This document shows positions 12,187 to 23,403 of a DNA stretch of 64,000 nucleotides, piece after piece. Location: positions 6,572,001-6,636,000 of the forward strand of contig NC_042999.1 of the NCBI RefSeq assembly GCF_006345805.1, read 5' to 3'. The DNA is from Octopus sinensis. Taxonomy: Eukaryota. The notes under the pieces were generated by a model. The model saw only the letters and a list, made by a program, of their open reading frames with translations, made no database searches and had not been told where the DNA came from. Both the position numbers and the translations under genes were made by a program. Positions within the stretch are counted from its first letter, which is position 1. Every line of letters starts with the position of its first letter.

Positions 12187-14449
12187 AAAGACATACGTAT
12201 ATACGGGTACACAAAGACACACGTATATACGGGTACACAAAGACACACGTATATACGGGTACACGAAACACAGGTATATACGGGTACACGAAGACACACG
12301 TATATACGGGTACACAAAGACACACGTATACACGGGTACACAAAGACACACGTATATACGGGTACACAAAGACACACGTATATACGGGTACACAAAGACA
12401 CACGTATATACGTGTACACAAAGATACACGTATACACGGGTACACAAAGACACACGTATACACGGGTACACAAAGACACACGTATATACGGGTACACAAA
12501 AACACACGTATATACGGGTACACAAAGACACACGTATATACGGGTACACAAAGATACACGTATATACGGGTACACAAAGACACACGTATATACAGGTACA
12601 CGAAGACACACGTATATACGGGTACACGAAGACACACGTATATACGGGTACACGAAGACACACGTATACACGGGTACACAAAGACACACGTATACACGGG
12701 TACACAAAACACACGTATACACGGGTACACGAAGACACACGTATATACGGGTACACAAAGACACACGTATATACAGGTACACGAAGACACACGTATATAC
12801 GGGTACACGAAGACACACGTATATACGGGTACACGAAGACACACGTATATACGGGTACACAAAGACACACGTATACACGGGTACACAAAACACAAGTATA
12901 CACGGGTACACAAAGACACACGTATATACGGGTACACAAAGACACACGTATATACGGGTACACAAAGACACACGTATATACGGGTACACAAAGACACACG
13001 TATATACGGGGACACAAAGACACACGTATATACGGGTACACAAAGACACACGTATATATGGGTACACAAAGACACACGTATATACGGGTACACAAAGACA
13101 CACGTATATACGGGTACACAAAGACACACGTATATACGGGTACACAAAGATACACGTATATACGGGTACACAAAGACACACGTATATACGGGTACACAAA
13201 GACACACGTATATACGGGTACACGAAGACACACGTATATACGGGTACACGAAGACACACGTATACACGGGTACACAAAGACACACGTATACACGGGTACA
13301 CAAAACACACGTATACACGGGTACACGAAGACACACGTATATACGGGTACACAAAGACACACGTATACACGGGTACACAGAACACACGTATACACGGGTA
13401 CACAAAGACACACGTATATACGGGTACACAAAGACACACGTATATACGGGTACACAAAGACACACGTATATGCGGGTACACAAAGACCCACGTATATACG
13501 GGTACACAAAGATACACGTATACACGGGTACACAAAACACACGTATATACGGGTACACAAAGACACACGATATACGGGTACACAAAGACACACGTATATA
13601 CGGGTACACAAAGACACACGTATATACGGGTTACACAAAAGACACACGTATATACGGGTACACAAAGACACACGTATATACGTGTACACAAAGACACACG
13701 TATATACGGGTACACAAAGACACACGTATATACGGGTACACAAAGACACACGTATATACGTGTACACAAAGACACACGTATATACGGGTACACAAAGACA
13801 CACGTATATACGTGTACACGAAGACACACGTATATACGGGTACACGAAGACACACGTATATACGGGTACACGAAGACACACGTATATACGGGTACACAAA
13901 GACACACGTATATACGGGTACACAAAGACACACGTATATACGGGTACACAAAGACACACGTATATACGGGTACACGAAGACACACGTATACACGGGTACA
14001 CAAAGACACACGTATACACGGGTACACAAAGACACACGTATATACGGGTACACAAAGACACACGTATATACGGGTACACGAAAACACACGTATATACGGG
14101 TACACAAAGACACACGTATATACGGGTACACAAAGACACACGTATATACGGGTACACAAAGACACACATATATACGGGTACACAAAGACACACGTATATA
14201 CGGGTACACAAAAACACACGTATATACGGGTACACAAAGACACACGTATATACGGGTACACAAAGACACACGTATATACGGGTACACAAAGACACACATA
14301 TACACGGGTACACGAAGACACGTATATACGGGTACACAAAGACACACGTATATACGGGTACACAAAGACACACGTATATACGGGTACACGAAGACACACG
14401 TATATACGGGTACACAAAGACACACGTATATACGGGTACACAAAGACAC
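12187..14449. repeat. 26-bp minisatellite GACACACGTATATACGGGTACACAAA, roughly 85-90 units
   Basis: Direct reading; recurring variants (TATACACGGG, CACGAAGAC, 24-bp units). Confidence 0.97.
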
Positions 14450-14674
14450 GGAGCCAGACGTATATTCCTAGAGTAAGACGAAGTCAGTCCTTTGTCATCT
14501 CATTTACATCAGACTGGAACGTCGACAACGAAATGAATGCGATTAATTCACTTCGTCTTACGTACACGCATACACACACATGCACACACATGCACACACA
14601 TATATGCGTATATGACGATGTTCATGTATGTGTATATATATATGTATGTATGTATATATATATATATATTATAT

Positions 14675-14734
<60 letters not shown>

Positions 14735-14964
14735 TATATATATATACAATAATAAATCTCTGGGTGAGATATAAACAGTAACTGCTCTATAACATAAGAG
14801 GGATCAGCCATCTGAATGTGGCTAGGGTCAGGGCGGGGTGGCGGGGGTGTTACTGATGCATTTAGCCCCAGGCGAACATCGACGTCACCAGAAGAGCTGA
14901 CACCATCTCGGTGTCCTTGCCAGCCAGCAAAGGGAGATCAGCCTCCCCGAAGATACGGATACTA

Positions 14965-15007
14965 CACACGGACCGGTTTCGAGGTTATTGCCTCTTGTCA
15001 ACGTATG
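14965..15007 (-). ncRNA. Minimal type I hammerhead ribozyme, U3-A8 variant core
   Basis: CATACG-TTGACAA-GAGG(CAATAA)CCTC-GAAA-CCGG-TC^CGTGTG: stem I, core, stem II, palindromic stem III (ACCGGT), GUC site. Confidence 0.75.
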
Positions 15008-15226
15008 GTAAGCACCGCTCTTCGTTGAGGGACTCCCTCTACTGGCTGGATATATATAGATTTTCACAGTAACCACAGTCACTGGCGTAGAAAATCTGTT
15101 CGAAAACAATAATAAATCTCTGTATTGTTTTCGAACAGATTTTCTACGCCAGTGACTGTGGTTACTGTGAAAATCTATATATATCCAGCCAGTAGAGGGA
15201 GTCCCTCAACGAAGAGCGGTGCTTAC

Positions 15227-15269
15227 CATACGTTGACAAAAGGCAATAACCTCGAAACCGGTCCGTGTG
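15227..15269 (+). ncRNA. Hammerhead motif, second arm (stem II G10.1 to A mutation)
   Basis: Same as the left-arm motif but AAGG/CCTC in stem II. Confidence 0.55.
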
Positions 15270-15447
15270 TAGTATCTGTATCTTCGGGGAGGCTGATCTC
15301 CCTTTGCTGGCTGGCAAGGACACCGAGATGGTGTCAGCTCTTCTGGTGACGTCGATGTTCGCCTGGGGCTAAATGCATCAGTAACATCCCCACCACCCCG
15401 CCCTGATCCTAGCCACCTTCAGATGGCTGATCCCTCTTATGGTATAC

Positions 15448-15514
<67 letters not shown>

Positions 15515-15699
15515 ATATGTGTGAGTGTGTGTGTACAAACTTACCCCTGTCGTATTGTCTTCTTTTTGTACCTTCTTGATGTGTGTGTGTGTGTGTGTGT
15601 GGTGTGTGTGTTTAAGACAAGTTATATAAATAATGAACATTTTAATTTTAAACTAAAGGATTACCCAATCGATTTTAGTTGACTATATATCTTTTATTT

Positions 15700-15891
15700 A
15701 TTGCAAGATTGATAGTAACTTCGAAATTTAGGCTTGTTAACCTTCATCTTTCCTTTTCCTATGTTTCTGACGAAGAGCTCCGCTCGAAACGTTATATCCT
15801 CCTTCGTTTATCCTTTCCTGAGCGTCCAATAACACTATACTTGTTCAGCGTCCTCGTGTTGTGTTTTCTCTTTGTGTTTTCATGTTTGGAT

Positions 15892-15896
<5 letters not shown>
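15700..15896 (+). mobile_element. Penelope-LTR-like segment with hammerhead core
   Basis: CTGACGA-AGAGC(TCC)GCTC-GAAACGT at 15767-15792; downstream cctgagcg...cttgtt resembles 56258-56390; runs into (TA)n. Confidence 0.55.
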
Positions 15897-15957
<61 letters not shown>

Positions 15958-16221
15958 ATATAATATATATGTATATATATGTGTGTGTGTGTGTGTATGC
16001 GTATCCATATGCATGCTTTCACATATACATACATACGAACATACGTTACATATAACTTAGAGGTGCACTTTAGTATTTAACACGTTTGTGTATGTCCAAA
16101 CGCGGAAAGGCTTTCACTGTGTTAAACTATCTCGGATGAGCAATTCTTCTTATGTGCAGTCTGTGTGAAAACTTATAAATGTAAACTGCAAAAGATAAAT
16201 TTACTAGCGTGTGCAGAGCTT

Positions 16222-17653
16222 TGTCACATCAGCAAGGTCATGGAACGAATAGTCAGAAGGAAACTGATCACCTTCCTTGAAGAAAATGTCTTGCTGCCTG
16301 ACACCCAACATGGTTTCCGACCAGGAAGAAGCTGCTTAACTCAGCTCCTACAACACTATGACTGGGTGCTGAAACGACTGCTCAACCACTCAAATGTGGA
16401 AGTGATATATCTCGACTTTGCAAAGGCCTTTGATAAAGTCGATCATGGAATGATATGTCACAAACTGCGTGATCTTAGCATAGTTGGAAAACTGGGAGAA
16501 TGGCTTCATGACTTTCTGAAAGATAGAAGCCAGGTGGTAGTAGCCAATGGGGCCACTTCCATTAACACGCAAATAGTGAGCGGTGTTCCGCAGGGCACTG
16601 TTTTTGACCACTACTGTTCATAATGGCCGTCTCAGACATGCCCTCAGCCACGCAGAGAGCCACGATCACAAGTTATGCAGATGATACAAAGTTTCACAGG
16701 CAATACAGAACCCTGAGGACACTAAACGCCTGCAATGTGAGCTGGACCAAAATATACAAGTGGGCTGAAAAGAATAGCATGCAGTTCAATGCTGAAAAGT
16801 TTCAAGCTTTATGCTATCAGCATGCAAAACTAAATGCAATACCCAATGAATACACTGGACCCGGAGGAATTGCAATCCCAGAGGCACAATCAGTGCGTGA
16901 CCTGGGTATTTACATGAGTGATGACGCAACCTTTCGTGTACATGTTGCTAAATTGGCAATGAAATGTAGACGACTGGCCGGATGGATTCTCAGAACCTTT
17001 AGAACAAGAGAAAAAGAAACCATGATGGTCCTCTGGAGGACACTTGTCCTAAGCCACTTTGACTATTGCTCTCAGCTATGGTCACCATCCAGTGTCAAGT
17101 TGATCACAGAACTTGAGGCGATCCAACGTAGCTACACGAAGAAGATAGCCTCTGTGCAGAATATAAGCTACTGGGAAAGACTCAAGAGATTAAAACTCTA
17201 TTCCCTAGAGCGTAGGCGAGAAAGATATGCCATAATATACATCTGGAAGATCCTGGAAGGACTTGTCCCAAACTTTGGCATCGAGAGTTACACAAATGCC
17301 AGAACTGGGCGCCACTGCGTGGTGCCTAGGACTCCAAATTTGCCATCAAGATGTAGGACAAGATACTGTGATAGCCTGGGCTTCCGAGGCCCACAGCTCT
17401 TCAATATCCTCCCGAAGAATCTAAGAGACCTGCATGGGGTGGATGCAGATGTCTTTAAATTGAAACTGGATCTCTTCTTGTCAGGTATCCCACATGAACC
17501 AACTTCACGTCAGGAGGTGCAGATGAGGGCAGCTGCATCGAACTCTCTCATACACCAAATGGCAATTGCTAAAAAGCATTCGTGAAGTAAAACCATGTAG
17601 CAACACCAAATGGCGGTGCCCCAGCATGGCCGCAGCTCATGATCTGAAACTAG

Positions 17654-17682
<29 letters not shown>
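16222..17682 (+). mobile_element. 5'-truncated CR1/L2-group LINE: RT domain, C-terminus, 3'UTR and (ATCA)n tail
   Basis: QHGFRPGRSC, YLDFAKAFDKVDH, SGVPQG, YADDTK, RDLGI, DYCSQLWSP, YSLERRRERY; frameshift near 16600 and compensating indels near 16690-16750. Confidence 0.95.
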
Positions 17683-17684
<2 letters not shown>

Positions 17685-17741
17685 CGGAGACTCATATCGC
17701 TGGACTGATCCGGAGGAGAATAGCAATGCCTGAAACCCAGT

Positions 17742-17896
17742 ATGTATGTATGTATGTATGTATGTATGTATGTATGTATGTATGTATGTATGTATGTATG
17801 TATGTATGTATGTATGTATGTATGTATGTATGCATGCATGCATGCATGTATATGTGAATGTATGTATGTATGTATGTATGTATGTATGTATGTATG

Positions 17897-17945
<49 letters not shown>

Positions 17946-17995
17946 ATATATCTATATATGTATCTATATGTATATCTGTCTGTCTGTCTGTCTGC
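17742..17995. repeat. (TATG)n/(TCTA)n/(TCTG)n microsatellite
   Basis: Direct reading. Confidence 0.95.
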
Positions 17996-17996
17996 C

Positions 17997-18155
17997 TAGT
18001 GCTACGGAATTTTCAGATGTGGAAGAGGTGAAGAAAATAACGAGGGAGGCGTTAAAATGCATCACTTCGCAGGAGTTCCAGCACTGCTTCGAGCAGTGGG
18101 AAACGCGCCTGGGCTAATGCACTGCTTCAAACGAAGAATACTTTGAAGGCGACAT
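17997..18155 (+). mobile_element. Mariner-type transposase C-terminal remnant
   Basis: [47 protein letters not shown] matches the mariner C-terminal W..R..C...EYFEG pattern. Confidence 0.8.
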
Positions 18156-18174
18156 GTATTTATCTATCTATCTT

Positions 18175-18245
<71 letters not shown>

Positions 18246-18305
18246 GTCTGTCCGTCCGTCTGTCTGTCTGTCTGTCTGTCTGTCTCTTTCTCTCTTTCTC
18301 CCCCC

Positions 18306-18352
<47 letters not shown>

Positions 18353-18370
18353 TCTATATATATATATATT

Positions 18371-18515
18371 AAAATATAAATATATGAAAGAATGGAGTTG
18401 AACGACGAATTAACAAAATTCCTTTATTTTCGACATATGTTTCGAAACATATGTCGAAAATAAGGAATTTTGTTAATTCGTCGTTCAACTCCATTCTTTC
18501 ATATATTTATATTTA
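18371..18515. repeat. Zero-spacer palindrome, about 72-bp arms, Penelope-LTR-like
   Basis: Centre ...CATATGTTTC|GAAACATATG...; arms differ only by single-base indels. Confidence 0.9.
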
Positions 18516-18639
18516 AAAAAAAAAAACATACAAATTTCCACACGAAAGCACGTAGCTTCAAACGTGTCTTCTCTGATGTGAATTTGCTACCCAGGTATCG
18601 GTTAACCGAATATCCATAACAAGATAATTCATTCTACTA

Positions 18640-18679
<40 letters not shown>

Positions 18680-18682
18680 TAC

Positions 18683-18846
18683 ATACGCGACGGGCTTCTT
18701 TTAGTTTCTGCCTGCCAAATCCACTCACAAGGCTTTTTTGACTCGAGGCTATAGTATAAGACAATTACCCAAGGTGCCATGCAGTGGGACTGAACGCCGA
18801 ACCATGTGGTTGGAGAAGAAAGCATCTTAGCACACAGTCACGCCTT
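18683..18846 (-). mobile_element. SINE B, 5' half
   Basis: Similarity to the 4201 head. Confidence 0.8.
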
Positions 18847-20174
18847 TAAAATTATATACGTGTGTGCGTGCGTGCACGTACGTACGTGTTTGCAGTTCGA
18901 TCTGTATGTAAAACAATAAATCAGTGCCGATAAGAAGCAAATCGATGCCGCATTCATGCCTAAACGAACACTAAGCAGGAAGAACACAACGAGCACTTCA
19001 TGTATAGTTTTTTTGTAAGACTCAGAGCGAGTTTTGTATTACACATGCATCGCCGAAGACAGTTGTTGCACCGTGTGTCTCCTCTAAAAATACAGAACTA
19101 CGATATGTAACAAAGCAGCCACAACCACACATGTAGACTACTCACACACACCACTACCACAACTACCACCACCAGTACACATGTTTTCCAGTAAAATCGA
19201 ATTCAGACTGGGAAAAGTAACTTTTGCTATTTATTTCTATTTTCTTTAACAAAGTTCTGTCATTTATTTAAGTGAATGACAAGCGTTTTCTGGAGTAGAC
19301 AAAATTGAGCGTAGAGCAGATCTCGGCAAGAATCTTTACAATTCCTCTCTGTTAATCAATCGATTTAGTTCTATTTTTGTGAAATGCAAATTTTCAAGAC
19401 TGGTACTCTGGCATTTTGACACATAGCCAAGTGTTTCGTTGACTATAATTATAACAAGGAACTATAAATCGAATATAGAATTTGGTAACTTTTTTTTTTT
19501 TACTAATTCATAAGCGTTTTCATTCTTATAAATGATTCCTGTCGAAAAACTTAATTTCTTTGAGAGAACAGGCGTGGCAGGTGTTTGCAGTGTTGCAGGA
19601 ATGGTGAGCTCCGCCTCGGCAGGGGTTCCAAATGTTATGACGATATGTATGTATGCATGTATGTATTAATATATGTATGCATGTATGTATGTATGTATGT
19701 ATGTATGTATGTATGTATGTATGTATGTATGTATGCATGTATGTATGTATGTATGTATGTCATTGTTCACTTTTATTTCAAGATTTCTTTCCAAGAGAGA
19801 AAGAGCTGGTTTCTAACCTAAATCCAAGGCTCCTTCATTGGAATTTCAACATCAAAAACAGGGTGTTTTTGTTTGTTCGTATGTATGTATTTATATGTGC
19901 AGATTTGTATGTTGTTTTGTTTTATGTATATATTCTTATGCATATAGTTGCATATCTAGACATGCTCATATATACTTAAATGATAAAATCCTGGAAAGTT
20001 TTACAGATCTTTACAGTTCCAGTGATGGATTGGATCTGTAGTCTTCGAATTAGCTTTCACCTTTCTGGTTTTTGAGAAGCCTCATTTCTCAAGATTGGTA
20101 TTTAGGCAGTGTGTATATATGTTTGTATGTATATATTAATGCATGTATATGTGTATTAATGTATGTATGTATGT

Positions 20175-20300
20175 GGGGGCGCGTGGCTTAGTGGTTAGTG
20201 TATTGCACTCACGATCGCCAGATCGTAGTTTCAAACCCTGGACTGGGTGGTGCGTTGTGTTCATGAGCAGAACGCTTCATCGCACGCTGCTCTACGGTCA
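20175..20300 (+). mobile_element. tRNA-derived SINE head of a third family
   Basis: GGGGCGCGTGGCTTAGTGGTTAG (A box)...GTTTCAAACCC (B box) followed by a non-tRNA body; no tRNA acceptor stem. Confidence 0.65.
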
Positions 20301-20741
20301 CCTTGGCATTTGACGCATGGCACACCTGTGCACCTCTTCAAGCAACATGAATTTGATGGCGGGAGTGCAATAATGTTGAGCAAATAAAAGGTTTTTAAAG
20401 ATTTTCTCTGAATTGACTGTACACACACACACACACACACACCACACACACACACACACACATAGGGGAAAAGTAAAACTTGTGTGCACAGAACTGCATT
20501 CCTTTTCACAGAACTGCATTCGCTTTCGTCCCGGCGACCCAGAATTGGCGGGGCTGACAAGGAGCTGAGTGGTCATCAGGTTTTACACCAGAGTATCCTC
20601 CTCTTAGATGTTCCAATATGAAATATGGGTCTATCTTTGTATTTCTTTGTCCCCGCACACGGGCTAAATCACCGTTGACTCTACATTGGATACATCGACC
20701 CTTTTGATAGATATCGTTATTTTTTGTTCTACTAGGTTTCT

Positions 20742-21156
20742 TATTTCTTTACTGCCCACATGGGGCTACACACAGAGAAGACAAACAAGGACAGACAAAC
20801 GGATTAAGTCGATTATGTCAACCCCAGTGCGTAACTGGTACTTAATTTATCGATCCCGAGAGGATGAAAGGCAAAGTCGACCTCGGCGGAATTTGAGCTC
20901 AGAATGTAAAGACAGACGAAATACCTATTTCTTTACTACCCACAAGGGGCTAAACACAGAGGGGACAAACAAGGACAGACAAACAGATTAAGTCGATTAT
21001 ATCGACCGCAGTGCGTTACTGGTACTTATTTAATCGACCCCGAAATGATGAAAGGCAAAGTCGACTTCGGCGGAATTTGAACTCAGAACGTAGCGGCAGA
21101 CGAAATACGGCTACGCATTTCGCCCGGCGTGCTAACGTTTCTGCCAGCTCGCCGCC
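20742..21156 (-). mobile_element. SINE A1 tandem dimer (one head, two bodies)
   Basis: Junction GACGAAATACC|TATTTC; flanking repeat TACTAGGTTTCT at 20730-20741 and 21165-21176. Confidence 0.9.
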
Positions 21157-21298
21157 TTTAGTTGTACTAGGTTTCTCTCAGCCCTCTTCAACAGGCAAGC
21201 CTGGCGGTGGTGATGGCGGTGGTGGGGCGATTTAGTCACTGATGACTCCGACTATGCAGCAAATTCTACAGGATTACATGTTACTCTTTAACACTAGT

Positions 21299-21339
<41 letters not shown>

Positions 21340-21349
21340 ATACGTATAC

Positions 21350-21825
21350 GTATCTTTTATCTTTTACTTATCTCAGTCATTTTACTGCGGCTGCGCTGGA
21401 GCATCGCCTTAAAGAAATTTTACTCGAACGAATCAACCTCAGTACTTACTTTTTCAAACCTCTGCTACTTATTTATCCGTATCTTTTGCCAAACCGCTAC
21501 TTTGAAGGACATAAACACACCAACACCGGTGGTCAAACAGTACTGGGGGACAATCACAGACACAGACAGACAGACAGACAGACAGACACACACACACACA
21601 CACACACCACACACACACACACAAACACACACACACATACATACAGAGCACACACATATATACGACAGGCTTCTTTCAGTTTCCGTCTACCAAATCCACT
21701 CACAAGGCTTTGCTCGGCCCGAGGCTAGAGCAGGAGACACTTGTCCTAGGTTCCATGCAGTGGGGCTGAACCCGGAACCATGTGGTTGGGAAGTAAACTT
21801 CTTACAAGACAGTTACGCCTGCGCC
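21350..21825 (-). mobile_element. SINE B, composite
   Basis: Both halves and internal (CA)n. Confidence 0.85.
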
Positions 21826-21849
21826 AATAATATATAATATATAATATAA

Positions 21850-22215
21850 GCGTAGGAGTGGCTGTGTGGTAAGTAGCTTGCTTACCAGCCACATGGTTCC
21901 GGGTTCAGTCCCACTGCGTGGCACTTTGGGCAAGTGTCTTCTACTATAGCCTCGTGCCGACCAAAGCCTTGTGAGTGGATTTAGTAGACGGAAACTGAAA
22001 GAAGCCTGCCGTATATATGTATACATATATATGTATGTGTGTGTTTGTGAGTCTGTGTTTGTCCCTCCAACATCGCTTGACAACCGATGCTGGTGTGTTT
22101 ACGTCCCCGTCACTTAGCGGTTCGGCAAAAGAGACCGATAGAATAACTACTAGGCTTACAAAGAATAAGTCCCGGGGTCGATTTGCTCGACTGAAACAAG
22201 TAAAAGAGTAAAAGA
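21850..22215 (+). mobile_element. SINE B, composite, internal deletion near the tail
   Basis: Similarity to 4201-4605. Confidence 0.85.
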
Positions 22216-22257
22216 ATATGCATATACATTCACGCTCAAACACGCACAGGAACTTGT

Positions 22258-22292
<35 letters not shown>

Positions 22293-22424
22293 CGCGATAG
22301 ATAGATAGAGAGGTAAATATATAGAGATAGACTGTCCTTTATTATAAAAGTAACACTTCACAGAATCTAACAAAGATCGGTAGTTATTGCTTGATATTAA
22401 ACTAAATTATTTGACCAAATTAAC

Positions 22425-22524
22425 NNNNNNNNNNNNNNNNNNNNNNNNNNNNNNNNNNNNNNNNNNNNNNNNNNNNNNNNNNNNNNNNNNNNNNNNNNNN
22501 NNNNNNNNNNNNNNNNNNNNNNNN
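22425..22524. other. Assembly gap (100 N)
   Basis: Direct reading. Confidence 1.
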
Positions 22525-22811
22525 TCTCTGTCTGTCTGTCTCTCTCTGTCTGTCTCTCTCTTTCTTTCTCTCTCTCTCTCTCTCATGAAGTAACAAACGA
22601 ACACATGGCCTAAAGAGAAGCCTCTGTGTATTTACTGAATGTGCTAGAAGCAATAGACAAATCCCTCTGAAATTCTGTTTTAAAATGGAGGTTGAACCAC
22701 CAGACAACTTCCGGTTGCAGATTGTGAAAAAGAGTTGAGGTGTTATGGACTGAAACATCCTGAATCATAAGTATCGATTAGGACAGATTTGGATTTGGGT
22801 GTTACTGCTTT

Positions 22812-23195
22812 GTCACTCACTCACTCCTCACTCACTCATTCCCTCCCTCCCTCCCTGCTTCACTCACTCACTCACTCATTCTCACTCATCCTTCACTCAC
22901 TCGCTCATCTTCTCACTCATTCACTCATTTCATCCGCTCGTTCACTCATCCCCTCACTCTTTCACTCATCCTTTCACTCACTCATCCTTTCTCTCACTCG
23001 TTCACTCACTAATCCTCTTACTCGCTCACTCACTCACTCACTCACTCGCTCACTCATCTTCGACTCGCTTCTCAATCACTCATCCTCTCACTCATCTCAT
23101 TACTCGCTCGCTCCCTCATCCTCTCACTCACTCACTCACTCACTCGCTCGCTCACTCTTCCTCTCACCCGCTCGCCCACTCAACCCCTCACTCTA
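22812..23195. repeat. Degenerate (CACT)n microsatellite
   Basis: Direct reading. Confidence 0.9.
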
Positions 23196-23403
23196 TCACA
23201 CGCAACCAAAATCCAATCACAGACTGAACTGTGACCCTAATCTCCCGTCTTTCTATATCTTGGTTCCAACATCCAAATGATTGTTATTGGAAGCAGTCAG
23301 GTGATGCATTCAGAACATCTCATTGGCGTATCAATGCTAGAAACCGACCAATCACAGCAGAGGCAGCGTTCTAATCGATTTCCTCAGCAGAATCATATAT
23401 AAT

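Larger units (their letters stand above)
14746..15441. mobile_element. Penelope-LTR/retrozyme-like fold-back element (319-bp inverted arms)
   Basis: Arms 14793-15111 and 15123-15441, about 6 mismatches, 11-nt loop; each arm carries a hammerhead motif; flanked by (TA)n. Confidence 0.75.

Noticed and set aside
11978-14733. 470-770 aa ORFs on both strands
   Set aside because: A consequence of the stop-free 26-bp minisatellite; no unique coding flanks, so not called as CDS
16165-17585. Host reverse-transcriptase-like gene
   Set aside because: 5'-truncated, frameshifted, ends in a short-repeat tail and has a second copy at 37200, so it is a LINE remnant
20175-20250. tRNA gene
   Set aside because: A and B boxes are present but no cloverleaf acceptor stem; continues into a SINE-type body. 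The same applies to family A and B heads
22387-22758. ORFs containing X runs
   Set aside because: They cross the 100-N assembly gap
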